Shown: positions 1-9,512 of the stretch, piece by piece | Numbering within the stretch: position 1 is the first letter of the stretch | Layout: each line of letters begins with the position of its first letter | Assembly (NCBI GenBank): GCA_963764165.1 | Contig: CAVXRD010000001.1 | Coordinates: 1,120,001 to 1,184,000, forward strand | DNA from: an uncultured Verrucomicrobiae bacterium | GTDB lineage: Bacteria > Verrucomicrobiota > Verrucomicrobiia > Limisphaerales > Palsa-1400 | Length of the DNA stretch: 64,000 bases | Reading direction: 5' to 3' | Translations under genes and position numbers: made by a program | The notes under the pieces: generated by a model | Databases searched by the model: none | Seen by the model: only the letters and a program-made list of their open reading frames with translations | Told to the model about the DNA's origin: nothing

Positions 1-364
1 GGATTCTTTCTGTTCGGTGGCGGGCATCAGTCTTAAACCGCAGCACGCGATCCGTCAGGACGAATGCTGCCTCGGCGACGCGCTGACTATGATTCCGCCC
101 GTCACCGGCAACGGAATGTCGATGGCCTTTGAAGCCGCGGAACTGGCCATCGAGCCGCTTCTCAAATACAGCCGCGGCAGCCTGCCATGGAGCGAAACAC
201 AGAGCGCCATCGCCGCGCTTTGCGACGAGCTTTTCGGGCAGCGGCTCCTTTGGGCCGCGCGCCTGCAGAGCTCGCTTTTCAATCCCCTGTCCCGCGAGAT
301 CAGCATATTCATGGCTAAGCGGTCCGAAAAGTTTTGGAGAAAAATATTCGAGCGGACACGATAG
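1..364 (+). CDS. FAD/NAD(P)-dependent oxidoreductase, C-terminal part (5' end outside window)
   Basis: GDALTMIPPVTGNGMSMA matches the GD-x-P-x-G-x-G motif of flavin monooxygenase/geranylgeranyl reductase-like enzymes. Confidence 0.75.
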   Translation, partial: DSFCSVAGISLKPQHAIRQDECCLGDALTMIPPVTGNGMSMAFEAAELAIEPLLKYSRGSLPWSETQSAIAALCDELFGQRLLWAARLQSSLFNPLSREISIFMAKRSEKFWRKIFERTR

Positions 365-395
365 CATGAGGAATGCCGTAATCCGCGCGAATCGC

Positions 396-1139
396 CTACG
401 GTGTTTTGCTGTTGATCAACTTTGGGGGAGCCACGGTGGCTGAGTCAGTGGAAGGCGGAACCATTCGAAGGCGCGCCAGGTTGTTGACAGGCAGAATTTC
501 CGGGCGCCTGGCCGAGATATTGTAAAGAATGAGGTAGCGGGTCGTCGTGCCCAAAAGCGCGTATTCGCCGGAAGCTGTTTTCGCCGCCGCGCCGGCTTCC
601 GAGTTTAGCTCAACCTGAACGAGGCGGCCGTTGCCATTGCGAATGCTTGCCGCATTGTGCTGGGCGTAGATCGCGCAAAACGTGAAAAAGTAGCCGACCA
701 GGATGAGAACATAACTGGCGCTCTCGAAAAACGGCCACCACTTCCGCGTTCGCAGCCAACCGTGGAACCGGCGGTATTTTTCCGAGCGCTTCAAGCGTCG
801 AGCGTGGCTGCGGCTGACGCGCTGCAGGGTCAGGAGCGAGAGCAGCGTAAAAAGCAAAAGAATCGGCTGGCGCACCGCGACAAGAAGAAAATCGCTCGGA
901 TCCGCAAAATCGAAAATCTGCAAATCAAATTCCTGGAAAAACAGGAATTCGTAAACCATGCCGACCGCAGTCAAAAACAAATAGCCAATCGTGAGCCCCA
1001 GCCCAGGATACTGCCGGAGCCATTCTTGCCCCCGCCGAAAAGCCACCACATAGAGTGGAATTTCAACCGTCTCCACCGCGCCCGCAGCAAGAATGGGCGA
1101 ATTTCCCTCTGCTGTGTCGATCTGGCTTTGCACGGCCAC
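396..1139 (-). CDS. Hypothetical membrane protein
   Basis: Three hydrophobic segments in ORF 396..1214; start moved to the in-frame GTG at 1139, which lies 5 nt after TTGCCG-N17-TAACAT. Confidence 0.65.
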   Translation of the reverse strand: MAVQSQIDTAEGNSPILAAGAVETVEIPLYVVAFRRGQEWLRQYPGLGLTIGYLFLTAVGMVYEFLFFQEFDLQIFDFADPSDFLLVAVRQPILLLFTLLSLLTLQRVSRSHARRLKRSEKYRRFHGWLRTRKWWPFFESASYVLILVGYFFTFCAIYAQHNAASIRNGNGRLVQVELNSEAGAAAKTASGEYALLGTTTRYLILYNISARRPEILPVNNLARLRMVPPSTDSATVAPPKLINSKTP

Positions 1140-1509
1140 ACCGAATGTTATACGAGCCAGTTTCCGGCGGCAAGGTTGAAGGCTGCACGGGAAACCGCAT
1201 AAAAAAAGATCCAAGCATGTTACTTATAGTCAACAATTTATAATATATCTTTTAAGACATTCTTCTTGTGCTCGATTTCAGATTCAATAGAATCCTCTTC
1301 AATCGTTCGAGCTTTTAGTGCAGCTCCGCACGGCCCGAAATGGCGGCTAAATCCAGTGGGATGAAACGAACAACCGAACGAAAGCAGTGCCCAGGCAGCG
1401 GTTTTGGCGAGAATTTCTCGAAGTCCAAAATCGGCGGGGAACCTTTTGTTCGCTTTCAACCGTGCCTTTCCCGCCTCTTTGGCCATGCTTCCATGATTGC
1501 CAACGGACT

Positions 1510-3837
1510 ATGACTTTGCCGTCCCCAAATCAATCGTTGCCATGCCTTGACGACAATTATCAACTGCTGGTGGAGAGCCAGCAGCGATTGGCCTTTCTCG
1601 TGGAGTCTTCGAACGACGCCATTATTGGCAAGGATCTGAACAGCATCATTACGACCTGGAACAAAGGGGCTGAGAAGATTTTCGGGTACACTGCCAGTGA
1701 AATGCTCGGAACCAGCATTACGCGGCTAATTCCGCCCGAGCGCCTGGAAGAGGAAACGCTGATACTTTCAAAAATCAGAAGCGGCGAGAGCGTGGAGCAC
1801 TTTGAGACGGTTCGCCGAACCAAGAGCGGCAGGCTGATCAGCGTCTCGGTGACGGCTTCCCCAATCAAAGATGCGCAGGGAAAGGTTGTCGGGGCGTCCA
1901 AAGTGGCGCGCGATATAACCGAGCAGAAAGAGGCGCGCGAATCTTTGCGCCGCCAGGCGGCGCTATTTGATCAAATGTATGACGCCGCCATCGTGTGGGA
2001 ATGGGAGGGGCCGATCACCTTTTGGAACCGCGGGGCGGAACAACTCTACGGATTCGCCCGCGAGGCGGCTATTGGCCAGGTGAGCCATAAGCTTTTGCAA
2101 ACAACGCTTCCGGGCGGAGTTGATTCTTTCGTCAAGGCGCTCCATAGCAGCGGCCATTGGGAAGGTGAGTTAAATCACATCACGCACAATGGCCGCCACA
2201 TCACCGTGGAAAGCCGCATGATTTTGGTGCGGGAATCCGGTCGCTCGTGTGTGCTGGAGGCCAACCGGGATGTCACCGAGCGCAAAAAGGCAGAGGAAGA
2301 AGCTGCAAGCGCGCTCCGCAAACTGGCCGAGATTAAAGCCGCCCTCGACGAGCACGCGATCGTCGCCATCACGGATGAGAAAGGCAAAATCTCGTATGTG
2401 AATGACAAATTCTGCGCGATCTCAAAATATTCCCGCGAAGAATTGCTTGGACAGGATCATCGGATCATCAATTCCGGCCACCACTCCAAACAATTTATCC
2501 GTGGCCTCTGGGAGACAATTCGGAACGGCCGAGTTTGGAAAGGCGAAATCAAGAACAAGGCCAAGGACGGCACTTTTTACTGGGTGGACACCACCATCGT
2601 GCCTTATCTCGGCGAAGACGGAAAGCCGCAGCAATACATCGCCATTCGAGCCGATATTACAGGCCGCAAGCAAGCGGATGAGAAGACCGCCGAGGCGCTC
2701 CGCGAACTCAATGACGTGCGCTCCGCTCTCGATGAACACGCCATCGTGGCGATCACAAATCCCGCCGGAAGAATCATTTACGTCAACGATAAGTTCTGCG
2801 CGATTTCGAAGTATTCCCGGGATGAATTGATTGGCCAGGATCATCGCATCATCAATTCGGGATTTCACCCCAAGCCATTCATACGCGGCTTGTGGAAAAC
2901 GATCGGGTCGGGCCGCGTCTGGAAAGGCGAAATCAAGAATAGAGCAAAGGACGGCACATTTTACTGGGTGGCCACGACTATCGTCCCGTACCTCGGCACG
3001 GACGGCAAGCCGGTTCAATACATTGCTATTCGCGCCGACATCACGGAACGGAAACAAGCTGAGGAGGCGCTGCAAAAAGCGCAAAACGAATTGCGGGAGC
3101 ATGCCTCGAATCTCGAGGCCGCGGTCGCGGAACGCACGGCGCAACTGGTCGCGGCCAACAAGGAACTGGAGGCATTTTCCTATTCTGTGTCGCATGATTT
3201 GCGCGCGCCGCTGCGCGCCATCGATGGCTTTTCGAAGGCGGTGCTGGAAGATTACGGTTCGGTTGTGCCCGAAGAATGCCGCCACGATCTGCAAACCGTT
3301 CGCAGGTCGACCCAAAGAATGGGGCGATTGATTGACGATCTGCTTTCCTTCTCCAGAACAGGCCGCGCAGCCTTGAAAAAAACCACCATAAAAACGGCGG
3401 CCCTGGTGGCTGGCGTCCTCAAAGACCAAAAGGCATTCAACAAGGGCCGAAAAATCGAATTCAAAATCCAGGATTTGCCGGAATGCCTCGGAGACAGGGC
3501 ATTGCTGGAGCAAGTCTGGGTTAATTTAGTATCAAACGCGCTAAAGTATTCTGCCAAAAGGGACGTTTCAATCATCGAGATCGGCTTCACCCAGCATTCT
3601 GGAAGAAACGCCTTTTGCGTGCGCGACAATGGAGTTGGTTTTGACATGGCATATGCGCACAAATTATTTGGGGTGTTTCAACGCCTGCACCGCGCCGAGG
3701 ATTACGAGGGGACAGGCGTCGGGCTGGCCATCGTCCACCGCATCATTCATCGCCACGGTGGCACTATTTGGGCCGAATCGGCGGAAGATCGCGGAGCCGC
3801 GTTTTATTTCACATTAGGAGAAACTTGCAAAGCATGA
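1510..3837 (+). CDS. Multi-PAS (4 PAS/PAC) sensor histidine kinase
   Basis: Four PAS domains ending in DIT/DVT; H-box FSYSVSHDLRAPLR; N, G1, F and G2 boxes (NALKY, DNGVGF, LFGVFQRLH, GTGVGL); ATG 1510 chosen over ORF start 1387. Confidence 0.92.
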   Translation: MTLPSPNQSLPCLDDNYQLLVESQQRLAFLVESSNDAIIGKDLNSIITTWNKGAEKIFGYTASEMLGTSITRLIPPERLEEETLILSKIRSGESVEHFETVRRTKSGRLISVSVTASPIKDAQGKVVGASKVARDITEQKEARESLRRQAALFDQMYDAAIVWEWEGPITFWNRGAEQLYGFAREAAIGQVSHKLLQTTLPGGVDSFVKALHSSGHWEGELNHITHNGRHITVESRMILVRESGRSCVLEANRDVTERKKAEEEAASALRKLAEIKAALDEHAIVAITDEKGKISYVNDKFCAISKYSREELLGQDHRIINSGHHSKQFIRGLWETIRNGRVWKGEIKNKAKDGTFYWVDTTIVPYLGEDGKPQQYIAIRADITGRKQADEKTAEALRELNDVRSALDEHAIVAITNPAGRIIYVNDKFCAISKYSRDELIGQDHRIINSGFHPKPFIRGLWKTIGSGRVWKGEIKNRAKDGTFYWVATTIVPYLGTDGKPVQYIAIRADITERKQAEEALQKAQNELREHASNLEAAVAERTAQLVAANKELEAFSYSVSHDLRAPLRAIDGFSKAVLEDYGSVVPEECRHDLQTVRRSTQRMGRLIDDLLSFSRTGRAALKKTTIKTAALVAGVLKDQKAFNKGRKIEFKIQDLPECLGDRALLEQVWVNLVSNALKYSAKRDVSIIEIGFTQHSGRNAFCVRDNGVGFDMAYAHKLFGVFQRLHRAEDYEGTGVGLAIVHRIIHRHGGTIWAESAEDRGAAFYFTLGETCKA

Positions 3838-4283
3838 GCGCATCCACTGTCGTTGAGCTGCTGCTGGTGGAGGACGATCCTCAGGATCTCGCCATGACCC
3901 TGCGCGCGCTGAAAAAATCGAATCTCGCCAACCACATTCATGTGGCGCGGGATGGCGCGGAGGCGCTGCAATTTATTTTCTGCGAGGGGCCCCACGCCGC
4001 GCGGAGCATCGAAGCTCCGCCGAAACTGATCTTGCTGGATCTCAAGCTTCCCAAAGTCGATGGCAAGGAAGTTTTGGAGCGCATCAAATCCGACCCGCGC
4101 ACCAAGACAATTCCTGTTGTCATCCTCACATCGTCCAAGGAGCAGAGTGACATCCTCAAAACCTACGACCTCGGGGTTAACAGTTACATAGTGAAGCCCG
4201 TCGACAGCGAAGAATTTCTCGCGGTGGTCAGGGACTTGGGAATGTACTGGCTGCTGCACAACCAACCACCCGAACCCGCCTGA
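3834..4283 (+). CDS. Single-domain response regulator (Rcp1-like)
   Basis: LLVEDD...LLDLKLPKVDG...YIVKPV; ATGA overlap with the kinase stop. Confidence 0.92.
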   Translation: MSASTVVELLLVEDDPQDLAMTLRALKKSNLANHIHVARDGAEALQFIFCEGPHAARSIEAPPKLILLDLKLPKVDGKEVLERIKSDPRTKTIPVVILTSSKEQSDILKTYDLGVNSYIVKPVDSEEFLAVVRDLGMYWLLHNQPPEPA

Positions 4284-4286
4284 CGC

Positions 4287-5834
4287 ATGCCTGAACCCCT
4301 TAGCATTCTGCTGGCCGAAGACGACGATAGCGATGCCGCTTTAATTGTCCTGGAAATAAAACGCTCCGGGTTTGATCCCTCCGTGCGCCGCGTTCAGACC
4401 GAAGCCGAGTTTGCCAGCGGCCTGAAAACTCCCATCGACGCCGTCCTCGTGGATTATGCCATGCCGAGTTTCGAGGGAATTCGCGCCTTGGAAATGTTCA
4501 AAGAAAGCGGATTGGAAATTCCCTTCATTCTGATCTCCGGCACCATCGGCGAAGAACGCGCGGTCGAGGTCATGAAATTGGGCGCCACCGACTACATTCT
4601 GAAAGACCGCCTCGGCCGGCTCGGAATTGCCATGCGCCAGTCGCAGCAGAAATTCAAGGAGCACAAGCAGCGCCTCCAGATGGAGCGCCAATTCATAGAA
4701 GCGCAAAAAATGGAGGTGGTCGGGCAGCTGGCCAGCGGCGTCGCGCACGACTTTAACAATCTTATCGGCGTCATTCTCGGCTGCACGGACTTGATGAGCA
4801 TGAAGCTCAGCCCGGAGCATGAATTGCGGGGTTTTGTTGACACAATCCATGCTTCCGCGGAAAGAGCGGCGGGCCTGACGAAACAGCTTTTGATCTTCAG
4901 CCGAAACGAGACGGTGCGCCCGGTTGTGCTTAACATCAACGACGCCATCAAGGATTTGGACAAAGTGCTGCACCGGTTGATTGGCGAAAATGTGGAGTTG
5001 GAAATCCGGCGCGGGGCGGAGATCGGACATGTCAAGGCAGACACGGGCTACGTTGGGCAAGTCTTGATGAACCTGGTCGTCAATGCGAGGGACGCCATGC
5101 CAAACGGCGGCAAACTCACCATTGCGACCGCAAACGTGGAGGTCGGCGAAAAGCCCGGGAACGGGCTGGACGGCGCCCCGCCCGGCCGCTGTGTCATGTT
5201 GAGCGTTGCCGACACAGGCACCGGGATGACCGAGGTTGTCAAACAGAACTTATTCAAAGCCTTTTTTACAACAAAGCCAAAAGGCAAAGGCACCGGCCTG
5301 GGCCTGACCACCTGCCAAAGCATTATGCAGCAAATGGGCGGCTATATCGGCGTCGAAAGCGAGCCTGGCAGAGGGACGACTTTCAAAGTCCTCTTTCCGT
5401 GCGTCGATGCAAAACCGGATTCGAGGCCATCAAAAATTTCCACCGGCGATACTCCGCGCGGGACGGAATCTGTGCTGGTGGTTGAAGACGATCCCTCCCT
5501 GCGAAAACTGGCGTGCCAGGCTCTGGAGTGCCAAGGTTACAAAGTGATTTCCGCCGCCAACGGGAGGGACGCGCTGCACAGCGTCCGAAATCACCAAGGG
5601 CCCCCCATCCGCCTGGTCATCACCGATGTCATCATGCCGCTGATGAGCGGCAAAGTCATGGCCGAATGGCTGAAAGCCTCATATCCCGACCTCAAGGTGC
5701 TCTTCACTTCCGGTTATATGGATGACACAGTAAACTCCGAAGGCGTTCCTTCGGCGGGCGTGGACTTTCTCCCGAAGCCCTTTACGCCACGCGGACTGGC
5801 CACCAAGGTGCGGGAAATGCTCGACACTCAGTGA
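4287..5834 (+). CDS. Hybrid histidine kinase REC-HisKA-HATPase-REC (CckA-like)
   Basis: N-terminal receiver; GVAHDFNN H-box; NARDAM; FFTTK..GTGLGL; C-terminal receiver. Confidence 0.92.
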   Translation: MPEPLSILLAEDDDSDAALIVLEIKRSGFDPSVRRVQTEAEFASGLKTPIDAVLVDYAMPSFEGIRALEMFKESGLEIPFILISGTIGEERAVEVMKLGATDYILKDRLGRLGIAMRQSQQKFKEHKQRLQMERQFIEAQKMEVVGQLASGVAHDFNNLIGVILGCTDLMSMKLSPEHELRGFVDTIHASAERAAGLTKQLLIFSRNETVRPVVLNINDAIKDLDKVLHRLIGENVELEIRRGAEIGHVKADTGYVGQVLMNLVVNARDAMPNGGKLTIATANVEVGEKPGNGLDGAPPGRCVMLSVADTGTGMTEVVKQNLFKAFFTTKPKGKGTGLGLTTCQSIMQQMGGYIGVESEPGRGTTFKVLFPCVDAKPDSRPSKISTGDTPRGTESVLVVEDDPSLRKLACQALECQGYKVISAANGRDALHSVRNHQGPPIRLVITDVIMPLMSGKVMAEWLKASYPDLKVLFTSGYMDDTVNSEGVPSAGVDFLPKPFTPRGLATKVREMLDTQ

Positions 5835-6439
5835 TGAGAAAGTTCGTTCCGCTTTGTTTTGGCGCCGCCTGGCTCATAACGATTTCCACCGGCCTCGCAT
5901 TCCTGGCAGAATACGAGAACACGCCGGGGCCGCGAATCGAAGCCCCCTTGCGCTGGCCGATTTCAACCGCGGTCACATTCTCGCAAAAGCATCCGACGCT
6001 CGTCATGTTCGCGCATCCCCGGTGCCCCTGCACGCGCTCGAGCATCAACGAATTGTCCATGTTGATGGCTGATTGCCAAAACCGAGTCGACGCGACCGTG
6101 CTGTTCTTTCAACCATCAAGCAGCAACGCCAATTGGTCGCGCACGGATCTTTGGCGGAGCGCCGCGGCGATTCCAGGCGTCACCGCGCGGGCGGATATCG
6201 ATGGGCAGGAAGCAAAACTTTTCCACGCCACGACTTCCGGGAATGTGATACTGTTCAATGCCGCCGGGGAAATGGTCTTCAACGGCGGCATCACTGGCTC
6301 GCGCGGCCATGAAGGCGACAACGACGGACGCGCCGCCCTGACGAGCCTGCTTTTATATGACAAAACAATTGGAGCGGAAACTCCCGTCTTTGGCTGCTCG
6401 CTCACCGACCCGGGGCGCGCTTGCCCGGCTACTCCGTAA
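5834..6439 (+). CDS. RedB-like exported thioredoxin-fold protein
   Basis: N-terminal hydrophobic anchor; HPRCPCTR, GGITGSRGHEGDN and PVFGC motifs; TGATG coupling to the upstream gene; family name from recollection. Confidence 0.65.
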   Translation: MRKFVPLCFGAAWLITISTGLAFLAEYENTPGPRIEAPLRWPISTAVTFSQKHPTLVMFAHPRCPCTRSSINELSMLMADCQNRVDATVLFFQPSSSNANWSRTDLWRSAAAIPGVTARADIDGQEAKLFHATTSGNVILFNAAGEMVFNGGITGSRGHEGDNDGRAALTSLLLYDKTIGAETPVFGCSLTDPGRACPATP

Positions 6440-6451
6440 TTTCAGCACCCG

Positions 6452-8698
6452 GTGAATTTAAATTTGACACAAGGCATCCCCCAGCAGGGGCGGGCCAGCG
6501 AGCTTTTTCGCGAGGAATTGCAGGCGAACCATGTTCGGACTGATCGCCGGTTTGCGTGGCTCATGTTGTTTCAATGGCTGGCTGGAATCACAGCGGCGTT
6601 GGTGATCTCGCCAAAAGCCTGGGAAGGAACCGCCAGCCGCACGCACATGCATGTGTGGGCCGCGATTTTTCTCGGAGGTGCCATCTCCAGTTTTCCGATT
6701 TTCATGGCGTTGACACGCCCGGGGACGAGACTCACCCGCCATGCCATTGCCATCGGGCAAATGTTGAGTTGCGGCTTATTTATTCATTTGACTGGCGGGA
6801 GAATAGAATCGCATTTCCAATATTTTGGGTCCCTGGCTTTTCTCGCTTTCTATCGCGATTGGCGCGTGCTCGCCACCGCGAGCCTGGTGGCGGGCTTGGA
6901 TCATTTCCTGCGCGGCATATTTTGGCCGCAATCCATTTTCGGCGTGCTGGCCGCCTCGCCTTGGCGCTGGCTGGAGCATGTCGGATGGGTGGTCTTCGAG
7001 GACGTATTTCTGCTCCTCGCCATCAGGCAAAGCTTGGACCAGGTGATGGGCCTGGCCGCGCGGCAGGCGGAGCTGGAAGCGATGAATGAAGTCGTCGAGC
7101 GCAAGGTGGAAGACCGCACGCGCGAATTGCGAGACGAAATCGCCGTTCGCGCCCGCGCCGAGGAGTCGTTGCGCCTGCTTCAATCTGCCGTGGAGCAATC
7201 CAAGGAATCCATCCTCATAACCGAAGCCGACCTCAATTTGCCCGGCCCAAAAATTGTTTTCGTCAATCCGGCCTTTACACAACTCACCGGCTACTCGGCG
7301 GCGGAAGCGCTTGGCAAGACTCCCAGGATCCTCCAAGGGCCGCGCACGAACAGGGCTGTTCTTGACCGGCTGCGAAAAAATCTGGCCGCTGGCGGCGTGT
7401 TCTCCGGCGAAACCATCAACTACAGGAAAGACGGGACGGAATTCGAGCTGGAATGGCAGATTGCGCCTATTCGCAATGGCCAGGGAGTTGTCACGCACTA
7501 TGTGGCGATCCAGCGAGACATTACGGAGCGCAAACGGTTTGAATCGCAGTTGCTCCGGTCCCAGAAAATGGAAACCGTCGGCCAATTGGTCGGAGGGATC
7601 GCGCACGAATTCAACAGCATCCTGACCGCCATCATGGGCCAGTGCGAGCTCATCCAGCTTGACTTGCCGGCCGACAGTTCCTCCGCCCATGGCGCGCGCG
7701 AAATCAATCAGGCCGCCGGCCGCGCCGCCGCGCTGACCCGGCAACTGCTGGCTTACGGCCGCAAACAAATGCTGCGGCCCGAGCCCATTGATCTTAATAA
7801 TATTCTCCTCAATATGAGGGGCGTCCTAAATCTCATCATGGGTCCCGAGATATCGCCTCTCCTCGTTTGCGCTCCAGACTTGCCACTGGTGATGGCCGAT
7901 TCCGGACAGGTCGAACAAGTCATCATGAACATGCTGATCAACGCCCGCGATGCGATGCCCAACGGCGGCAAGCTCACTCTGGAAACGGCTCCGGTCTCAT
8001 TCGACGAGGACAGCGTCGGCCGCAACCCCGAATTGAAGCCCGGCCATTATGTCATGCTCGCCATCACCGACACCGGAACAGGCATGAGCGACCATGTGAA
8101 GGCGCATCTTTTTGAGCCATTCTTTACCACCAAGGGGGTGGGGGAAGGCACCGGGCTGGGATTGTCGACCTGTTACGGCATAGTCAAACAAACGGGTGGC
8201 CATATTAGCGCCTACAGCGAATCCGGGCGCGGCACGGCTTTCAAGGTCTATCTTCCGCAAGCGCCATCGGCAAGGCCGGATGCCTCCCGTCAAACGGCCG
8301 CGCAGGGCGCCTTGCCGGGAGGCACGGAAACCATCCTGCTGGTTGAGGACGATCCCGCGCTGAGGGACATGGAGGAATCCTTGCTCAAGCGCCTGGGTTA
8401 CAAAGTCTGGACGGCGGGGAACGGCGTCGAGGCGCTGAATTTGAAACAGCGCAGCGAAGTCGGCCACATTGATTTGCTATTCACCGACGTGGTGATGCCG
8501 CACATGAGCGGCAAAGAACTGGCGGATCGGTTTCGATCGTTGAATCCGCGGACAAAAATCCTCTTCACCTCGGCCTATACCGAAAGAGCAGGCATCCAAC
8601 AGGGGTTTATGGACGAAAACACATCCCTTCTCCAAAAGCCATTCACTCCCTCCGCCCTCGCCCGGAAACTGCGGGAGACGCTGGATCATCACCCATGA
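6452..8698 (+). CDS. Membrane-bound hybrid histidine kinase (multi-TM sensor, PAS, HisKA, HATPase, REC)
   Basis: About 6 TM segments with GRIESHF; PAS FVNPAF..TGY; GIAHEFNS H-box; EPFFTTK; C-terminal receiver. Confidence 0.9.
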   Translation: MNLNLTQGIPQQGRASELFREELQANHVRTDRRFAWLMLFQWLAGITAALVISPKAWEGTASRTHMHVWAAIFLGGAISSFPIFMALTRPGTRLTRHAIAIGQMLSCGLFIHLTGGRIESHFQYFGSLAFLAFYRDWRVLATASLVAGLDHFLRGIFWPQSIFGVLAASPWRWLEHVGWVVFEDVFLLLAIRQSLDQVMGLAARQAELEAMNEVVERKVEDRTRELRDEIAVRARAEESLRLLQSAVEQSKESILITEADLNLPGPKIVFVNPAFTQLTGYSAAEALGKTPRILQGPRTNRAVLDRLRKNLAAGGVFSGETINYRKDGTEFELEWQIAPIRNGQGVVTHYVAIQRDITERKRFESQLLRSQKMETVGQLVGGIAHEFNSILTAIMGQCELIQLDLPADSSSAHGAREINQAAGRAAALTRQLLAYGRKQMLRPEPIDLNNILLNMRGVLNLIMGPEISPLLVCAPDLPLVMADSGQVEQVIMNMLINARDAMPNGGKLTLETAPVSFDEDSVGRNPELKPGHYVMLAITDTGTGMSDHVKAHLFEPFFTTKGVGEGTGLGLSTCYGIVKQTGGHISAYSESGRGTAFKVYLPQAPSARPDASRQTAAQGALPGGTETILLVEDDPALRDMEESLLKRLGYKVWTAGNGVEALNLKQRSEVGHIDLLFTDVVMPHMSGKELADRFRSLNPRTKILFTSAYTERAGIQQGFMDENTSLLQKPFTPSALARKLRETLDHHP

Positions 8699-8823
8699 GA
8701 GAGGGCCGCCGCTGGTTTTTACTTTACAAGCATCCCTTCCATTGCTCTAAGCTGCCTGGCTGAAAGTGCTTGTTCCGCAGAGCGGCTGTTTTCAAGCCAT
8801 TCGGCGAATGAACGAATATCCAG

Positions 8824-9291
8824 ATGAAAGCTAAATTGACCCTTTGCGCGGCAGCCGCCGCTTTGTTGGCGGGCTGCCAGGTTGAGGTGGCGCCGGTTGG
8901 CGTGGCTGTGGCACCCGTGCCCGTGGTGGAAGTTGTCCCGACGATTTATGTTTGGGATGGCGTTGAGTACGTCGGCGATTACAACGGGCAGTTTATGTAT
9001 TTTGGCCCGGGTGGAGCGTGGGTGGTTTGCGATCCGATTGTGCTAGGCCGGTTTCACGACTGGGAGCGCTACCACTCCGACTGGCGTGTGCATGCCATCC
9101 GCAATGACCGTGAACATCGCCTGGATCGCGACCATCATCCGGAGGGTTTTAAGGGGCCGGCCCGCGATTCTCGGGTGCCCGAGCAGGCAAGAAGGGACTC
9201 GGCTCAAAAAACACCCGCGCCCGCCAAAAAAGCTCCGGCGCCCGCGAAGAAAGCACCTCCGCCCCGGAAGAAGGAAGAGAAACCGAACTAA
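8824..9291 (+). CDS. Putative lipoprotein with Lys/Pro/Ala-rich tail
   Basis: Signal peptide with lipobox LAGC; C-terminal PAPAKKAPAPAKKAP. Confidence 0.7.
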   Translation: MKAKLTLCAAAAALLAGCQVEVAPVGVAVAPVPVVEVVPTIYVWDGVEYVGDYNGQFMYFGPGGAWVVCDPIVLGRFHDWERYHSDWRVHAIRNDREHRLDRDHHPEGFKGPARDSRVPEQARRDSAQKTPAPAKKAPAPAKKAPPPRKKEEKPN

Positions 9292-9512
9292 CCGCAAGCG
9301 AGCCCTTCCGCCGGGGACGGAAAACGTCATTTCGCGGCACCAGGGGCTGCCTGCCTTTGGATCGATCAATATTATGCAAAGCCCGAGCTGAATGAAGAAT
9401 CTGAACGCCGCCGCCGCACTTGGCATGTGCTTGGTCCCATCATTTTCAGGGGGAAGCTTTCAGGCCGCCCGCTGAGGCTGGATTTGAAGGTCAATAACCT
9501 GGTGTTGGTGGA

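Noticed and set aside
2341..3045. Duplicated PAS segments as a diversity-generating retroelement TR/VR pair
   Set aside because: Differences are mostly synonymous rather than adenine-specific, both copies are in frame in one gene, and there is no reverse transcriptase
7313..7339. Blue-light LOV photoreceptor
   Set aside because: The adduct-forming Cys is replaced (GKTPRILQG)
8750..8815. Possible structured RNA leader upstream of the lipoprotein (GGCTGAAAG...TTTTCAAGCC)
   Set aside because: One imperfect hairpin; no riboswitch consensus recognised
9214..9265. PAKKA repeats as a histone-like DNA-binding protein
   Set aside because: Only two units, on a lipoprotein tail; more likely a disordered linker
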